From an uncultured Nitrososphaerota archaeon (GTDB lineage Archaea > Thermoproteota > Nitrososphaeria > Nitrososphaerales > CADDZS01), in NCBI GenBank assembly GCA_963799845.1, contig CAWCYI010000006.1, forward strand, positions 864,001-928,000: a stretch of DNA of 64,000 nt, read 5' to 3'. Position 1 is the first letter of the stretch. Each line of letters begins with the position of its first letter. Under the pieces are notes generated by a model. That model was not told where the DNA came from. It saw nothing but the letters and a program-made list of their open reading frames with translations, and made no database searches. Positions 43,828 to 54,232 of the stretch are shown one piece after another. The translations under genes and the position numbers were made by a program.

Positions 43828-44463
43828 ATGGGTTTCTGAGAAATTCTGATTCCGCAAGACAAGATATTTTTTGAGTCGTTCACGCACCAGGCGAAGAATA
43901 TCCTTCTCGCCTCGCAAAAGCTGAATGCAGCGTTTGATACGAAAGAACTTTCCATTGATGAAGCGAGAAATGCGATTCGAGAGATCGAGCATGAAAGCGA
44001 CCAGCTCGTTCACTCCATTTATGATCGATTGAACGAGTCCTTTGTGACTCCGATTGACAGCGATGATATTCTGAAACTGTCGTCAGATTATGATACCATA
44101 GTCGATTTCATCTGGGCGACCATTAATCGGTACTATCTCTACAAGATTTCCTCACCCGACGAAACGATGAAGAGGTTCTCGCAAATAGTGGTAAAATGTG
44201 GTGAAGAGATCGTGAAGCTCACTTCAGCAATGACTACGAAATCAAAACTGAAACAACAGAATGGGAGTGCTGAAGAGATCGACAGGCTCGAGAACGAGGG
44301 AGACGAATTATTGAACGGCGCGGTCGCCAAGTTGTTCGATGAGAAAAAAGATGCGCTCGAGGTAATGAAACTGAAGGAGATTTACGAGCACCTTGAGGAA
44401 ATCACCGATAGGTACGAAGACGCTGCTCTACTCATAAGGGATATCGCCCTGCGGTATTCCTAA
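43828..44463 (+). pseudogene. DUF47 (PhoU-like) phosphate transport regulator with an in-frame TGA at codon 4
   Basis: ATG GGT TTC TGA GAA ATT CTG ATT CCG CAA GAC reads MGF*EILIPQDKIFF...IEHESD...FVTPID..D; in frame with ORF 44029-44463. Confidence 0.8.
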
Positions 44464-44572
44464 AATCTGATTTTACAAACTCCCATACAATCGTTGAAGA
44501 CGAACAGAGAATTTGGACCGCAAGCCTTGGCTATGCGAAATTTGTTTAATCTCCTCGTGGTAGGGTAAGAAA

Positions 44573-45609
44573 TTGGTGATCGATCAGACACTTCTCATTG
44601 TTGTTGGTCTCATCTTTCTCGCATTAGCATTCGATTTTGTGAACGGTTTTCATGATACTGCGAATTCCATTTCCACAGTCGTTTCAACAAGGGTACTTTC
44701 TCCCAGACTCGCAGTGTTGGTCGCGGCAACCTTCAATTTTGTCGCGTTTTTTGTGGTGGGAGCACCCGTCGCGAAATTCATAGGAGGAAGTATCATTTCT
44801 TCACCGTTGTTTGTCGGTAACCTGATTCTAGAGCTGGTATTTGCAGCGCTTATCGGAGGAATAACCTGGGACCTGATAACATGGTATCTAGGTCTTCCTT
44901 CCTCTTCTTCCCATGCGCTTATTGGCGGCTTGGTAGGTGCTGGCGTCGCTGCGGCTGGAACCAGCGTCGTAAAACTTGCTGGACTCGAAGTCGTTCTCGA
45001 ATACATGGTGCTTTCTCCCATCATCGGAATGATCGTGGCTTTTGGTATAATGATTGGACTGCTCAATCTTCTGAAAAAACTGGCTCCAGCCACCGTGAAC
45101 AAATATTTTCGTAGATTACAGATCGTTTCTTCAAGTGCAGTTTCATTCAGTCACGGATCCAATGACGCTCAGAAAACCATGGGAGTCATAACATTCCTTC
45201 TTATCGGGACAAATTACCTCTCTTCTGGCGGTAATGCGTCTACTGCTTTCCAAGTTCCAGTCTGGGTTGCTCTTGTATGTTTACAACAATTGCATTGGGC
45301 ACGTTTACAGGAGGTTGGAGAATCATAAGAACGATGGGCATGCGTATTACTCATCTCGATCCTATTCATGGCTTTGCTGCTGAGACGGCTTCAGCGGCTG
45401 TGATTCTTGGTGCGAGCTTTTCTGGGATTCCTGTCAGCACTACTCATGTTGTTTCGGGTTCGATTATGGGAGTTGGATCAACAAAGAGATTTTCGGCGGT
45501 TAGATGGGGGATAGCAAGGAGAATTGTTTGGGCGTGGATCATTACCATTCCAATGTCAGCTCTTGTAGCTGGAGGAGTCTTCATACTGACGAAATTTTTG
45601 GTGGGATAA
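44573..45609 (+). CDS. pit: PiT-family inorganic phosphate transporter (frameshift in a T-run, ~45281)
   Basis: NGFHDTANS, GLPSSSSHAL, HGSNDAQK, GGWRII.TMG and PVSTTH. Confidence 0.9.
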
Positions 45610-46119
45610 ATCAAACAGTTTTGTTAAATAGATAGTCGTGAAGGCCCTAAATCCCGCAGACTAGATGACTAGAGAAATCAAGATAGCTGAACCTGTCTGG
45701 GAATCAATCAAAGAAGTATCTGAACTGACTGGAATCAGGAAACAATCCCTGGCAAATGTAGCTTAGCAACTATATTTCTGAAATCAAGACAACCGACTTA
45801 GTCTCGTCAATTTCATCCAAAGGAATAATTTGACAGAAAAGAGAGCAAAGGATTTAGAAGAGATGACTTGGTAGGAATTCTGGCGTTTAAAGAAAATTCC
45901 TCTTTTTTTTGCGACCAATTCCTGCAATGATAATGGGTTCGAATAGTACGGGGTTGGACACGAATCCCAAAGCAGCACACTTCTAGCGAACAGTTCGCGA
46001 AAATATGCGGAGTGACTCAGAACTCGCAAAAGTTACGGTGAAACTATGGGATAAATCGGCTATCAATACGAACATGACTTCTGACTCACCTATGACCGAT
46101 CCAAAAAAAGTCGTCGCTG

Positions 46120-46133
46120 CAAAAGCTAAATAT
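46120..46133 (+). promoter_or_regulatory. Possible BRE/TATA promoter for the transporter leader
   Basis: CAAAAG-CTAAATAT about 25-30 nt before the structured segment starting ~46155. Confidence 0.35.
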
Positions 46134-46154
46134 GTCATACGTCATGCTTGTTTA

Positions 46155-46403
46155 GCTGACCCCTGTGAAGGAGATTGATCAACTACGTGGAGCTCTCGGT
46201 GCCGTAGTTGGCTTCACGATCTCTCTCGGTTTGCCTTGGCCGCAGTTCAGAACATGGGTTCCAAGAAGGGAGTACTTTTCCAAGACTTCTGGGATGGGAT
46301 CTTGGTTTCCCTGACAGTCGACTATTCAGGCCGGACTATGTGACAGATCTGCAAATACAAATCGCACTGCTTCGTGTGAGCAGTGATTCGAGGAAGCAGT
46401 GAC
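46155..46403 (+). ncRNA. Structured 5' leader, candidate cis-regulatory RNA
   Basis: Stems GTGAAG/CTTCAC, CAACTACG/CGTAGTTG, CCAAGA/TCTTGG, AGAAG/CTTCT and AGTC/GACT; CACTGCTTC can pair with AGCAGTG or with GAAGCAGTG next to the RBS. Confidence 0.5.
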
Positions 46404-47597
46404 ATGAAGGAATCGCAGTCTTCCGTCGTTGATCGGCTGAAGAACTTGGGTCCGGCCTGGCTTGTCATGATTGCAGATATCGACGTAGCATCCATTGTCA
46501 CTGGGTTGCAGGCAGGATCAGTATGGGGCAATAGGATGATCTTCATCATGCTTGCGCTCACCGTACCATTATTCTTCATCCAAGACGCAGCAGGTCGTCT
46601 GGGGATAGCTTCAGGCGTCGGACTAGGCGAAGCGATACGGAAGTACATGGGGAGAAGGATAGCTATACTTGCAGCCCTTCCAATGGGAATAAGCGACTTT
46701 CTTGAGTATGTCGCGGAATACGCGGGGATCGCCGTCGGCCTCTACCTTCTCAAACTTCCGGTGTTGCCGGGGCTACTCATAGTCTACGCTGTGCACACGA
46801 TTATAGTGATTGGACGGCAGTACAGGCAGGCGGAGATAATCCTGCTTCCACTCAGCTTCCTCGTCGTGGCAGGAATCGCACTTTCTGTGTTTGCATTCCA
46901 CTTCGATGTGAGGGAAGTATTTTACGTAGGTCTTTCACCATTCCAGCCTTACGGGAACCCCTCATTCGATTATCTCTTGGCTGCAAGCACCGGAGCGGTG
47001 GTCATGCCCTGGATGCTCTACTTCCACTCCGGCGCAGTCTCCAGGAAGGGAAAGAAACCCCAGGCAATGAAGGACGAGCGCATCGAAACGTTCCTTGGAG
47101 CGGTTGTGTCCGAAGTGCTCATGGCCGTGATTGTCATTGACGGATCGCATCTTCCCAGCGCAGGGAATTTCATTGGCATAACTGAGTTGTCTAACGCACT
47201 TTCCTTATTTGGTGAAAATGCTTCGCTCCTAATGGGAATAGGTTTCATCTCTGCGGGCTTTCTGGCGCTAGTTGTTGTTTCGCTGGGCTCGGCGTGGGGT
47301 GTGCTGGAAGCAATCAATGCAAAGTCCAGGAAATCATTCCTGATGGTCTATGCACTGGAGAGCGTCCCTGCTCTCTTGCTAGTCGCAATCTCCACGAGCT
47401 ACCTGCAACTGATACTCGACCTTATGGTGATCTACACCATAATCATTTTGCCCTCTCTCTTTTTCCTCGGCATGCTTGTCTCACGACGAGATGTAATGAA
47501 TGGGCATCAGCACGGTCCCTATTGGATGGGAATGTTTTGGATCATGTCTGTGCTGATTGCGATTGGAGGCTTGTTCGGGATTGCGTCGCTAATCTAA
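46404..47597 (+). CDS. NRAMP-related divalent metal transporter (non-canonical motifs; NRMT-like)
   Basis: LGPAWLVMIADIDVAS in place of DPGN, QD..GRLG..SG.GL and GAVVMPWMLYFHS; ~11 TM helices. Confidence 0.85.
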   Translation: MKESQSSVVDRLKNLGPAWLVMIADIDVASIVTGLQAGSVWGNRMIFIMLALTVPLFFIQDAAGRLGIASGVGLGEAIRKYMGRRIAILAALPMGISDFLEYVAEYAGIAVGLYLLKLPVLPGLLIVYAVHTIIVIGRQYRQAEIILLPLSFLVVAGIALSVFAFHFDVREVFYVGLSPFQPYGNPSFDYLLAASTGAVVMPWMLYFHSGAVSRKGKKPQAMKDERIETFLGAVVSEVLMAVIVIDGSHLPSAGNFIGITELSNALSLFGENASLLMGIGFISAGFLALVVVSLGSAWGVLEAINAKSRKSFLMVYALESVPALLLVAISTSYLQLILDLMVIYTIIILPSLFFLGMLVSRRDVMNGHQHGPYWMGMFWIMSVLIAIGGLFGIASLI

Positions 47598-47743
47598 TCT
47601 CGCGATTCACGTTAAGGCAGAAATGAAATGTGCAGAGGACGCTTGTAGGCCTTTGGAGTGTAAGTAAAGCAGTTCTCCGAGAGATTATCCAAATTGTTAA
47701 TTGAAAGAATGCTCCCGGCTTATCGAGAATTGTGGGTTTGGGC

Positions 47744-47784
47744 TTACTAGTAAATCCCGAGTGCGAAATGTGGGACCCCCGCAC
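47744..47784. repeat. Palindromic repeat family 1, unit F
   Basis: TTACTAGTAAA-TCCCGAGTGCGAAATGTGGGACCCCCGCAC links the B-type and C/D-type variants. Confidence 0.9.
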
Positions 47785-47803
47785 ATGGAAATAAGCACTC
47801 TTC

Positions 47804-49822
47804 TTATTTCTCTTCCGAGATCCAGGGGAAGGCCAGTGGAGTTTGGAGAGCTCCCTTCGTCTCCTCTGATAGGGATGCCAGTATCTCATCGTAGAGAGTT
47901 GCGATCTGCCTTGTGTTCCGCGTCTTTCCCGTGGCGCCCTTTGCACTATTGATTTTCGAGAGTTTGCTGATGATGTGTTGGGGGGTGCTCGACCCGATAT
48001 GGTTGAACTTGGGCTGTCTGTTTACGAGAAGATCGCCCCCTTTCGCGTCGATTCCAATCGCTTCGATTCCGTCAACCCTGATCGGGAGCTTCACGTGAGG
48101 TAAAATCTCGGCTGCTAGGTGTGTCACGAGGAGAACTAGACTACTCCCTGTTGCGATGTGATTCATTATCGATGCGACTATCCTGCCCGCGGCACCAGGT
48201 TCGGTCAATGCCTCGAATTCATCGATCAAGATCAGTTTTGCCTGCTTATCTGCGAAAACTGGAATCAGCGCCTTCAGCGCTTGCTCCAAGCTGCCCACTC
48301 GCTTCGTTGTTCGTCTTCTAAACAGAAATATTGGAACGGGGTTGACTTCAGCATCTTCCGCAGGAACTGGTAACCCCAAGAGTGAAAGAATGTGAATCGT
48401 CGCAACAGTGGTCAGCAGTGTCGTCTTCCCTCCGCTGTTTGCCCCCGTTAACATTACGACGTTACGGGGCCGTGCGTCCAGTTTAATCGAGATCGTTTTT
48501 CCTACGCTGTAACTGATGGGAATAACCTTGCTCTCGTTGCCCTCCATTTGCTCGTGCGATAGCAAGATGTTTTGTCCGTTTACAAATCCAATCCCGTCCG
48601 TCCCGATAATGGGGACAGACAAGGAATATTTTCTCGTGACGATCGCAACTGCAAGCATCTGATCAAATAGGACTACCTTCTCTACAGCCGCGGATACTGC
48701 CGCCCAATATTTCTTTAGGGCGCTCTCGGTTTTCAAAACTTTTCCCTCTAGTTCTGAAAAGAGCCTAGTGCGCCAGGTTTCAATCACGCTCCTGACGGAT
48801 CGGGAGTTTAGCTCTATCGGGATGGTTAGGTTATCAAGTACCGCTTTCCTGAATTTGTTTTCCTCATCCAGGTTCATTTTCAAGCTGGCCGCGATCTCGC
48901 TAACCTGGCTCTCAATGATGCTTTTTGCGGCATATTGATCCGCTCCTCTTCCACCTCTTCGGAATCTCTCGTTGATCGCTAGTTCTACGTCAGAGATTAT
49001 GGCATTAGCGTCTGGTACTTCGAGCCTGGCAAGTCCGTCCAAGAGGCGAATGACTTCTCTTAACGCAATTAGGTCGATGCCTCCGAGCAGAGATGTTATC
49101 GAGTTCGAATTCCCGAACTCAGCCAGGATAGTTAGGACGATATCAATCGCTTTTCGACGAGAGACAAAATAACTGATCGTGTCCGAGTAATTAGAAGGAC
49201 CAGAAGTAGATCTACTAGTTTTCCTGCTTGCAGATTTCTCGGATAGTGACGATGCCTTTGAAGCCAGCTGTATGCCCGAGAGCAGAGATTTCAGCCGATC
49301 GAGAAGACCCAGAGCCTCAGCTTCTTCCAGCATGCTCTTGCCGAGTTTCCAATTGTCCAGTCTTTTCCGAAGCAGGTCCCTCGGGAGCATCTGCCTCTGG
49401 TCAAGTAGGAGTATTCCGTCGCGCGCTACGGCAGAAGAAGCTTCGCTAGCGAAAATTGTCAGTATCTCCTTCGCAAGCCTCCGGGAGTCAGGAGTCCTCA
49501 ACATTTTTCGGACCGTCTGGCCCGATGAGGATTTCTCATGGAATGCTTTCATTGCCCGAAGAGCGTGGTTCCTCGAGGTCTTTGAGTAAGCGCTTAAGCC
49601 TTCAACGTCGCTGAGCTTTATTCTCTCTATAATATCCTGAATTTTTTCTTCGCTGAAGACCGATACATCAATCCTCAGATCTTTTCCGAGACTGTTTTGA
49701 AGTTCGTTTTTGCTCAGAGAACCTTTCTCTACGCTGATAGTAGCCAAAGCCAGCTTTAAACGCATTGAAACCTCGCATAAAGAAGCTTCGTTTAGAAAAA
49801 CTCTAAGAGTGTGAAAAATCAT
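47804..49822 (-). CDS. Archaeal MutS-related ATPase (domain V recognisable; no mismatch-binding domain seen)
   Basis: LTGANSGGKTT, LGLPVPA, ILIDEFE.LTEPGAA and LVTHL; likely start ATG ~49764. Confidence 0.8.
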   Translation of the reverse strand: MIFHTLRVFLNEASLCEVSMRLKLALATISVEKGSLSKNELQNSLGKDLRIDVSVFSEEKIQDIIERIKLSDVEGLSAYSKTSRNHALRAMKAFHEKSSSGQTVRKMLRTPDSRRLAKEILTIFASEASSAVARDGILLLDQRQMLPRDLLRKRLDNWKLGKSMLEEAEALGLLDRLKSLLSGIQLASKASSLSEKSASRKTSRSTSGPSNYSDTISYFVSRRKAIDIVLTILAEFGNSNSITSLLGGIDLIALREVIRLLDGLARLEVPDANAIISDVELAINERFRRGGRGADQYAAKSIIESQVSEIAASLKMNLDEENKFRKAVLDNLTIPIELNSRSVRSVIETWRTRLFSELEGKVLKTESALKKYWAAVSAAVEKVVLFDQMLAVAIVTRKYSLSVPIIGTDGIGFVNGQNILLSHEQMEGNESKVIPISYSVGKTISIKLDARPRNVVMLTGANSGGKTTLLTTVATIHILSLLGLPVPAEDAEVNPVPIFLFRRRTTKRVGSLEQALKALIPVFADKQAKLILIDEFEALTEPGAAGRIVASIMNHIATGSSLVLLVTHLAAEILPHVKLPIRVDGIEAIGIDAKGGDLLVNRQPKFNHIGSSTPQHIISKLSKINSAKGATGKTRNTRQIATLYDEILASLSEETKGALQTPLAFPWISEEK

Positions 49823-49838
49823 CCGAGCGTAATATCAA

Positions 49839-50297
49839 ATGCCTGGCAAAACGAAAACGCAAACATATCATCTCTCAAAGATAATCGAAGCCCCTATGCC
49901 GTTCGTGTACGAATGGTGCACCGACTTTAGGGAGGATGATGGAAAACTTACAGGTTCCACGCGGGAACGGAAAATCCTCGAAAAAACAAAAACTAGAGTA
50001 ATCAGTTCTCAGTCGTATATGGAAAATGGAAAGGAATCGGGTCAAGTTTCCATTATTACTCTAAAGGCCCCCAACGCTTGGCATCTGGACACCGCGGGAA
50101 ATACTCGTGAACAGGAAACCGGAGACTATAAGCTGACTAGGCTCGGCAAGAGCAGAACTCGTCTTGACATGGTGTTCGAAGTTAGGTACTGCGGAGGCGC
50201 TCGAATCCCCTCTAAAAAGTGGTGGGAGGACGACTCGAACAAGTTCTGGGATAAGCTGATAGTTGCTCTAATCAGCGATTACTCAAAATCAAAGTAA
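49839..50297 (+). CDS. Hypothetical protein, START/SRPBCC-like
   Basis: IEAPMPFVYEWCTDF start, beta-rich core and C-terminal helix. Confidence 0.6.
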   Translation: MPGKTKTQTYHLSKIIEAPMPFVYEWCTDFREDDGKLTGSTRERKILEKTKTRVISSQSYMENGKESGQVSIITLKAPNAWHLDTAGNTREQETGDYKLTRLGKSRTRLDMVFEVRYCGGARIPSKKWWEDDSNKFWDKLIVALISDYSKSK

Positions 50298-50621
50298 GAG
50301 ACCTTGGATTACGAGACGACATCTGAGAAAGTAAGAAAGATATTGATGACATGAACTTTAAATCAGAGGGAATCCAAGCTTGTGTTGATAGTTGAAGAAA
50401 CTACATCCTCGTGAACTAGAGAAGGACGGGACTATGAACAGCGAGGGCATACTTGCCCGACACGAAACGGAATCAAGGAGCGCCATGATCTCCTATGCGT
50501 TCAAGAGTTTCTCTCCTGTTCCGAGCGACACGGGCACTCAGGGAAAGAAGCCACTCAGATTCTACGCAGCGAACTTCTTCAAGCGATTTGAGGAGCTCCA
50601 GCGAAAGAGAGGCCAGGTTTC

Positions 50622-51227
50622 CTAAGCTAAGACTAATTCCTCATGACCACCGTTTTTTTCTCCACTTGATTTTTGACCGTCACCACTTACGGTCTCCCGC
50701 TGGCCTTGCTTATCGTCTTGAGACTGAGCAATCTTTTGGTTTTCGTCTATCTCCCCTAACAGAAAGGGAAACAAGTCTTTGTCTTCTTCCTCCTTGAGGT
50801 AGAGTAGGAGAACTCTTTCAAACTTCTCGAAAGCCGAAAGCTTCTCCTCCCGAGTCAAAACTGCTGCCAATCCATAGATCTCTCTGAATGAATCAGACAT
50901 TGCCTTGTGTTTTTGGATTGTGGATTCAACAACGTCGCTTTTGCTGAAAGCGGTATTGTTGTCAGAGATAGAGGAGAAAGAAACACTTTGAGAACCCGCA
51001 AGAACGTCACGTGTCCTAGACTCTTCTTTTGCGAAATGCGCTCCGAGTAGAGTTCCAAGTTCGACGGTCCGTTTCTCAACGATGTCAAAATCGGCATCAG
51101 TGCCACTAGAAACAAGCGTTTGCAGAATCCAGATGCGTCGTCGGATTTCCTCGTGATCATTTTTCAAAGCCGCAATGAGATCTTTCAGCCGTAATTCGCG
51201 TTCGAGTTGCATCATTCCCACAGCCAA
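50622..51227 (-). CDS. Hemerythrin-like helical protein
   Basis: L..DH, HFAKEE, QKH and EEE..LFP pattern. Confidence 0.55.
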   Translation of the reverse strand: MAVGMMQLERELRLKDLIAALKNDHEEIRRRIWILQTLVSSGTDADFDIVEKRTVELGTLLGAHFAKEESRTRDVLAGSQSVSFSSISDNNTAFSKSDVVESTIQKHKAMSDSFREIYGLAAVLTREEKLSAFEKFERVLLLYLKEEEDKDLFPFLLGEIDENQKIAQSQDDKQGQRETVSGDGQKSSGEKNGGHEELVLA

Positions 51228-51427
51228 GCACCTCCCAATTTCTTAATTCATCAAAAAAGATACTTTTCCCGCGACAGAGTATAAGAATTACTAGTATATA
51301 CACGTTCTGCCCTAACAAAGACAGTTTCGAGACATTTCAGATCAAGACTCCGTAAGATCTCAAGAGACGGCTTGAACTGCGGGAATTTGTTGGAACGAGA
51401 TGCAGCTTTCGAAAGAATCTCATTGAC

Positions 51428-51825
51428 GGGAGACAATACAGAAGGGGAAAGAAGAAGACTACCATGATGCATCGCAGCTCGAAAGACTCGAAAAAGAAGG
51501 TTGGTTGCAGACAGTTGAACTCTCAGCAAAATCTATCCGGCTTGCAATAGATCTTTCTGACGTGTTGGGTGAAGGGGAGGCGCAAGCTATCGCATTGGCC
51601 TTGGAAAGGAAAGATAGGTTGTTCATTGACGACCTGAAGGGAAGACGCCTCGCGACGATGTATAAAATAGAAAATTCGACGACGCTTGCTATCATCTTCG
51701 AGCTGCTGGTAACTGGCGCCCTTTCAAAGTCAGATTACTTGAAGAATGTGAAAAACTACTGAGCGCAGGGATGGATAAGCGGGGAGATAATTCAAGAATT
51801 CATCCAGAAAGGTCAAGAACTTTGA
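51428..51825 (+). pseudogene. DUF3368-type PIN toxin remnant with an in-frame TGA at 51760
   Basis: LGEGEAQAIALA...IDD..GR; reading continues past TGA as AQGWISGEIIQEF; 5' end missing. Confidence 0.7.
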
Positions 51826-52133
51826 GCGAGAGAATATCCTTTGTTATACCAAAGCAAATGAAGAAATCGCTAAAGGAGCTACAGAAGCTGACTGGAGAGG
51901 ATCAATCAACACTTTTGAGAAAACTGGTGAATAAGGGCCTGAGCGAGACCAAGATGGACATCGCCGTGGATCAGTATGAAAAAGAAAAATCATCTCTGGA
52001 GCAATCTTCGGCCATTGCGGGCGTGTCTCTCTGGAAATTTCTCGATGAGCTTCACCGAAGAAACGTAGGGCTAAAATATTCTATCGCCGACGCTGAATCT
52101 GAAATCAACGAGGGGTTGAAGAGAAGGCATTAA
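51822..52133 (+). CDS. UPF0175-family antitoxin-like protein
   Basis: RHH-like N-terminus, then AVDQY....SL...AIAGVSLWKF; TTG start overlaps the PIN stop. Confidence 0.75.
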   Translation: MSERISFVIPKQMKKSLKELQKLTGEDQSTLLRKLVNKGLSETKMDIAVDQYEKEKSSLEQSSAIAGVSLWKFLDELHRRNVGLKYSIADAESEINEGLKRRH

Positions 52134-52502
52134 TTTTTTTTAAACGTATCCTCACTGGCCACGTAAAATCCATACCGATGGTAAGAATCGTTTTCTCGCA
52201 CTTCTGGGACTTGCCCTTGCGCGGTTTCTTGAATCGACGCACGAAACGACTGTAACGAGCCTGGCTAAAGAGCGATGGATGAAGGCAGGTTTCTTTAGGC
52301 GCGGGTCTTGGTTCCTCCCATGTCCCAACGAATAATCATGACTCAACGCGCCACGGGAGGCTCCCAATGTATGTCCAAAATAGTCAAGTCGTCGGAAACT
52401 GCGTGACAAACTGCTCTGCTGTGAGAAAGTCCCCCCTTTGGGAGTGGTCGAGTCTGCAGATCAGTGAAATTGATACATAATATATCTTATATTATGTAAA
52501 TC

Positions 52503-52711
52503 GTGACAACCGTAGCCGTAAGCAATCAACGCTGGAGAAGCTGAAGCGTATCATGAAACAGGAAGGGGCGAGCAGTTTGGATCAGACAATAAACGATCTG
52601 ATAGAGAAAAGCGAGGGTGTCCCAAAAACCATGTTTGGGGTTGACCGAGAAACGAAACTGAAACTAACCAGAAAGGAGTACGAAGAATTCCAGCGATCTC
52701 ATTTCTCTTAA
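52503..52711 (+). pseudogene. VapB-type antitoxin, frameshifted; paralog of 33492
   Basis: VTTVAVS / TLEKLKRIM....SLDQTINDLIEK.EGVPKTMFG; no toxin follows. Confidence 0.65.
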
Positions 52712-52795
52712 ACGGAGGCGCGCCCTGCATTTACCAGATTGTGCAAGAAAGCCCATGTTTTAAAACATGGGATGAATTGCGCTTGAGAGAGTCGG

Positions 52796-54232
52796 ATGTC
52801 TCTCAAGAATGACGCCATACGCGGCTCGCTCAAGAAAACTAAGGAGAGACGGAGGACTCAAACCTGTAAGCAATACGAGCTGAAAATAGATACTTCCCAT
52901 CTCAGCGACAAGACACACAAACATCTCGACAGATTATTTCTCGAAGCCAAGTGGTTCTACAATCATGTGCTTGCAAACGGAAACATATTCGAGGCCGACT
53001 ACAGGTTGGGCGCGGTCCGTGTCAAGGCAAAGAATGGTTTCGAAACAAGAGAAATCCGATGCCTATCATCCCAGATGAAACAGGAACTCATCGACAGGAT
53101 GAGAGACAACATCAGATCACTTTCCAGGCTGAAGAAGAGCGGACACAAAGTTGGTGCGCTCAAATTCAAAAGTGAAATCTGTTCCATCCCACTCAAGCAG
53201 CAAGGGATGACGTACAAGATCATCGATAAGCACTACGTCCACATTCAGGGAATCAAGCAGGGACTCAAAACAAGAGGGATTTTTCAGCTTCCTGCGAGTG
53301 CCGATCTTGCATCCGCTCTTCTGGTCCGAAAGCATGGAGACTACTATCTACATGTGACGACATACCAGACTAAAGTAGTTCCGAAGCATCGGGAAGAAGA
53401 ACAGCCATCAAAAAGCGTAGGCATAGACTTGGGAATCAAAAACCAGCTCACGCTATCAAGCGGGATCAGAATCAACTACGAAGTGCCAATAACAGACCAT
53501 ATGAAGAAGCTGTGCAGGAAGCTAAGCAGAAAGAAATACCACAGCCACAACTGGTGGAAGGCAAAAACGAAACTGGATAAAGCCTATGACGAGACGACGA
53601 GCGTCAAAAAGGATATCCAGAACAAGCTTGTGCGCGGACTCACAAAACAGTTCACAACGATTTGCTATCAGGATGATACAATCAAAGCCTGGCAGCGGAT
53701 CTGGGGAAGAAGAATCTTGAACACCTCGCTCGGCGGAATAATCAGTGCGCTTGAAAAGAAGGCACAAACGCCGAGGAAAGTGGATAGCTTCATTCCCACG
53801 ACCCAGAAATGCTCGCGTTGCAACGCAAGGAATCAGGTCACTCTTGCGGATCGAATCTATGAATGCACATACTGTGGTCTCGTAATGGACAGAGACTTGA
53901 ACTCCGCGATAAACATCGAAAAGGAAGGAGGAGTACCTATGGTGCATAGGGAATTAACGCCTGCGGACACTCTTGCCTATACTCTCTTGGAATACTTCAA
54001 CAGCATTCCACACATCAGAGCAAGCATGGTGGTTGAAACAGGAAGCCCTGCTATGGTCGTGGAGAAGCCCACGATCTTCACAGTAGTTGCGAATCAAGTA
54101 TGCTTTCCTTTCATGTCAAATGACTTGTTCATGATTAGACCGATGAGAAGGAGTTTCATTTGTATTACTTCCACCGATTCGTTCGGATGGAGCAGCTCTT
54201 GGTTGGCATTGTACATGACCCACGAATTGTAG
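52796..54232 (+). CDS. tnpB: TnpB RNA-guided endonuclease-family protein; native last codons displaced by the nested IS
   Basis: VGIDLG, CSRC/CTYC zinc finger and DRDLNSAINI; native end EKPTIFSRG* has its stop at 55269-55271. Confidence 0.9.
   Translation: MSLKNDAIRGSLKKTKERRRTQTCKQYELKIDTSHLSDKTHKHLDRLFLEAKWFYNHVLANGNIFEADYRLGAVRVKAKNGFETREIRCLSSQMKQELIDRMRDNIRSLSRLKKSGHKVGALKFKSEICSIPLKQQGMTYKIIDKHYVHIQGIKQGLKTRGIFQLPASADLASALLVRKHGDYYLHVTTYQTKVVPKHREEEQPSKSVGIDLGIKNQLTLSSGIRINYEVPITDHMKKLCRKLSRKKYHSHNWWKAKTKLDKAYDETTSVKKDIQNKLVRGLTKQFTTICYQDDTIKAWQRIWGRRILNTSLGGIISALEKKAQTPRKVDSFIPTTQKCSRCNARNQVTLADRIYECTYCGLVMDRDLNSAINIEKEGGVPMVHRELTPADTLAYTLLEYFNSIPHIRASMVVETGSPAMVVEKPTIFTVVANQVCFPFMSNDLFMIRPMRRSFICITSTDSFGWSSSWLALYMTHEL

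Noticed and set aside
46208-46402. 64-aa leader peptide upstream of the transporter
   Set aside because: TTG start, no clear RBS or compositional signal; the region is better explained by RNA structure.
51285-51297. GAATTACTAGTAT as another family 1 repeat
   Set aside because: Only a partial core with none of the shared flanking blocks; it could be chance or promoter sequence.
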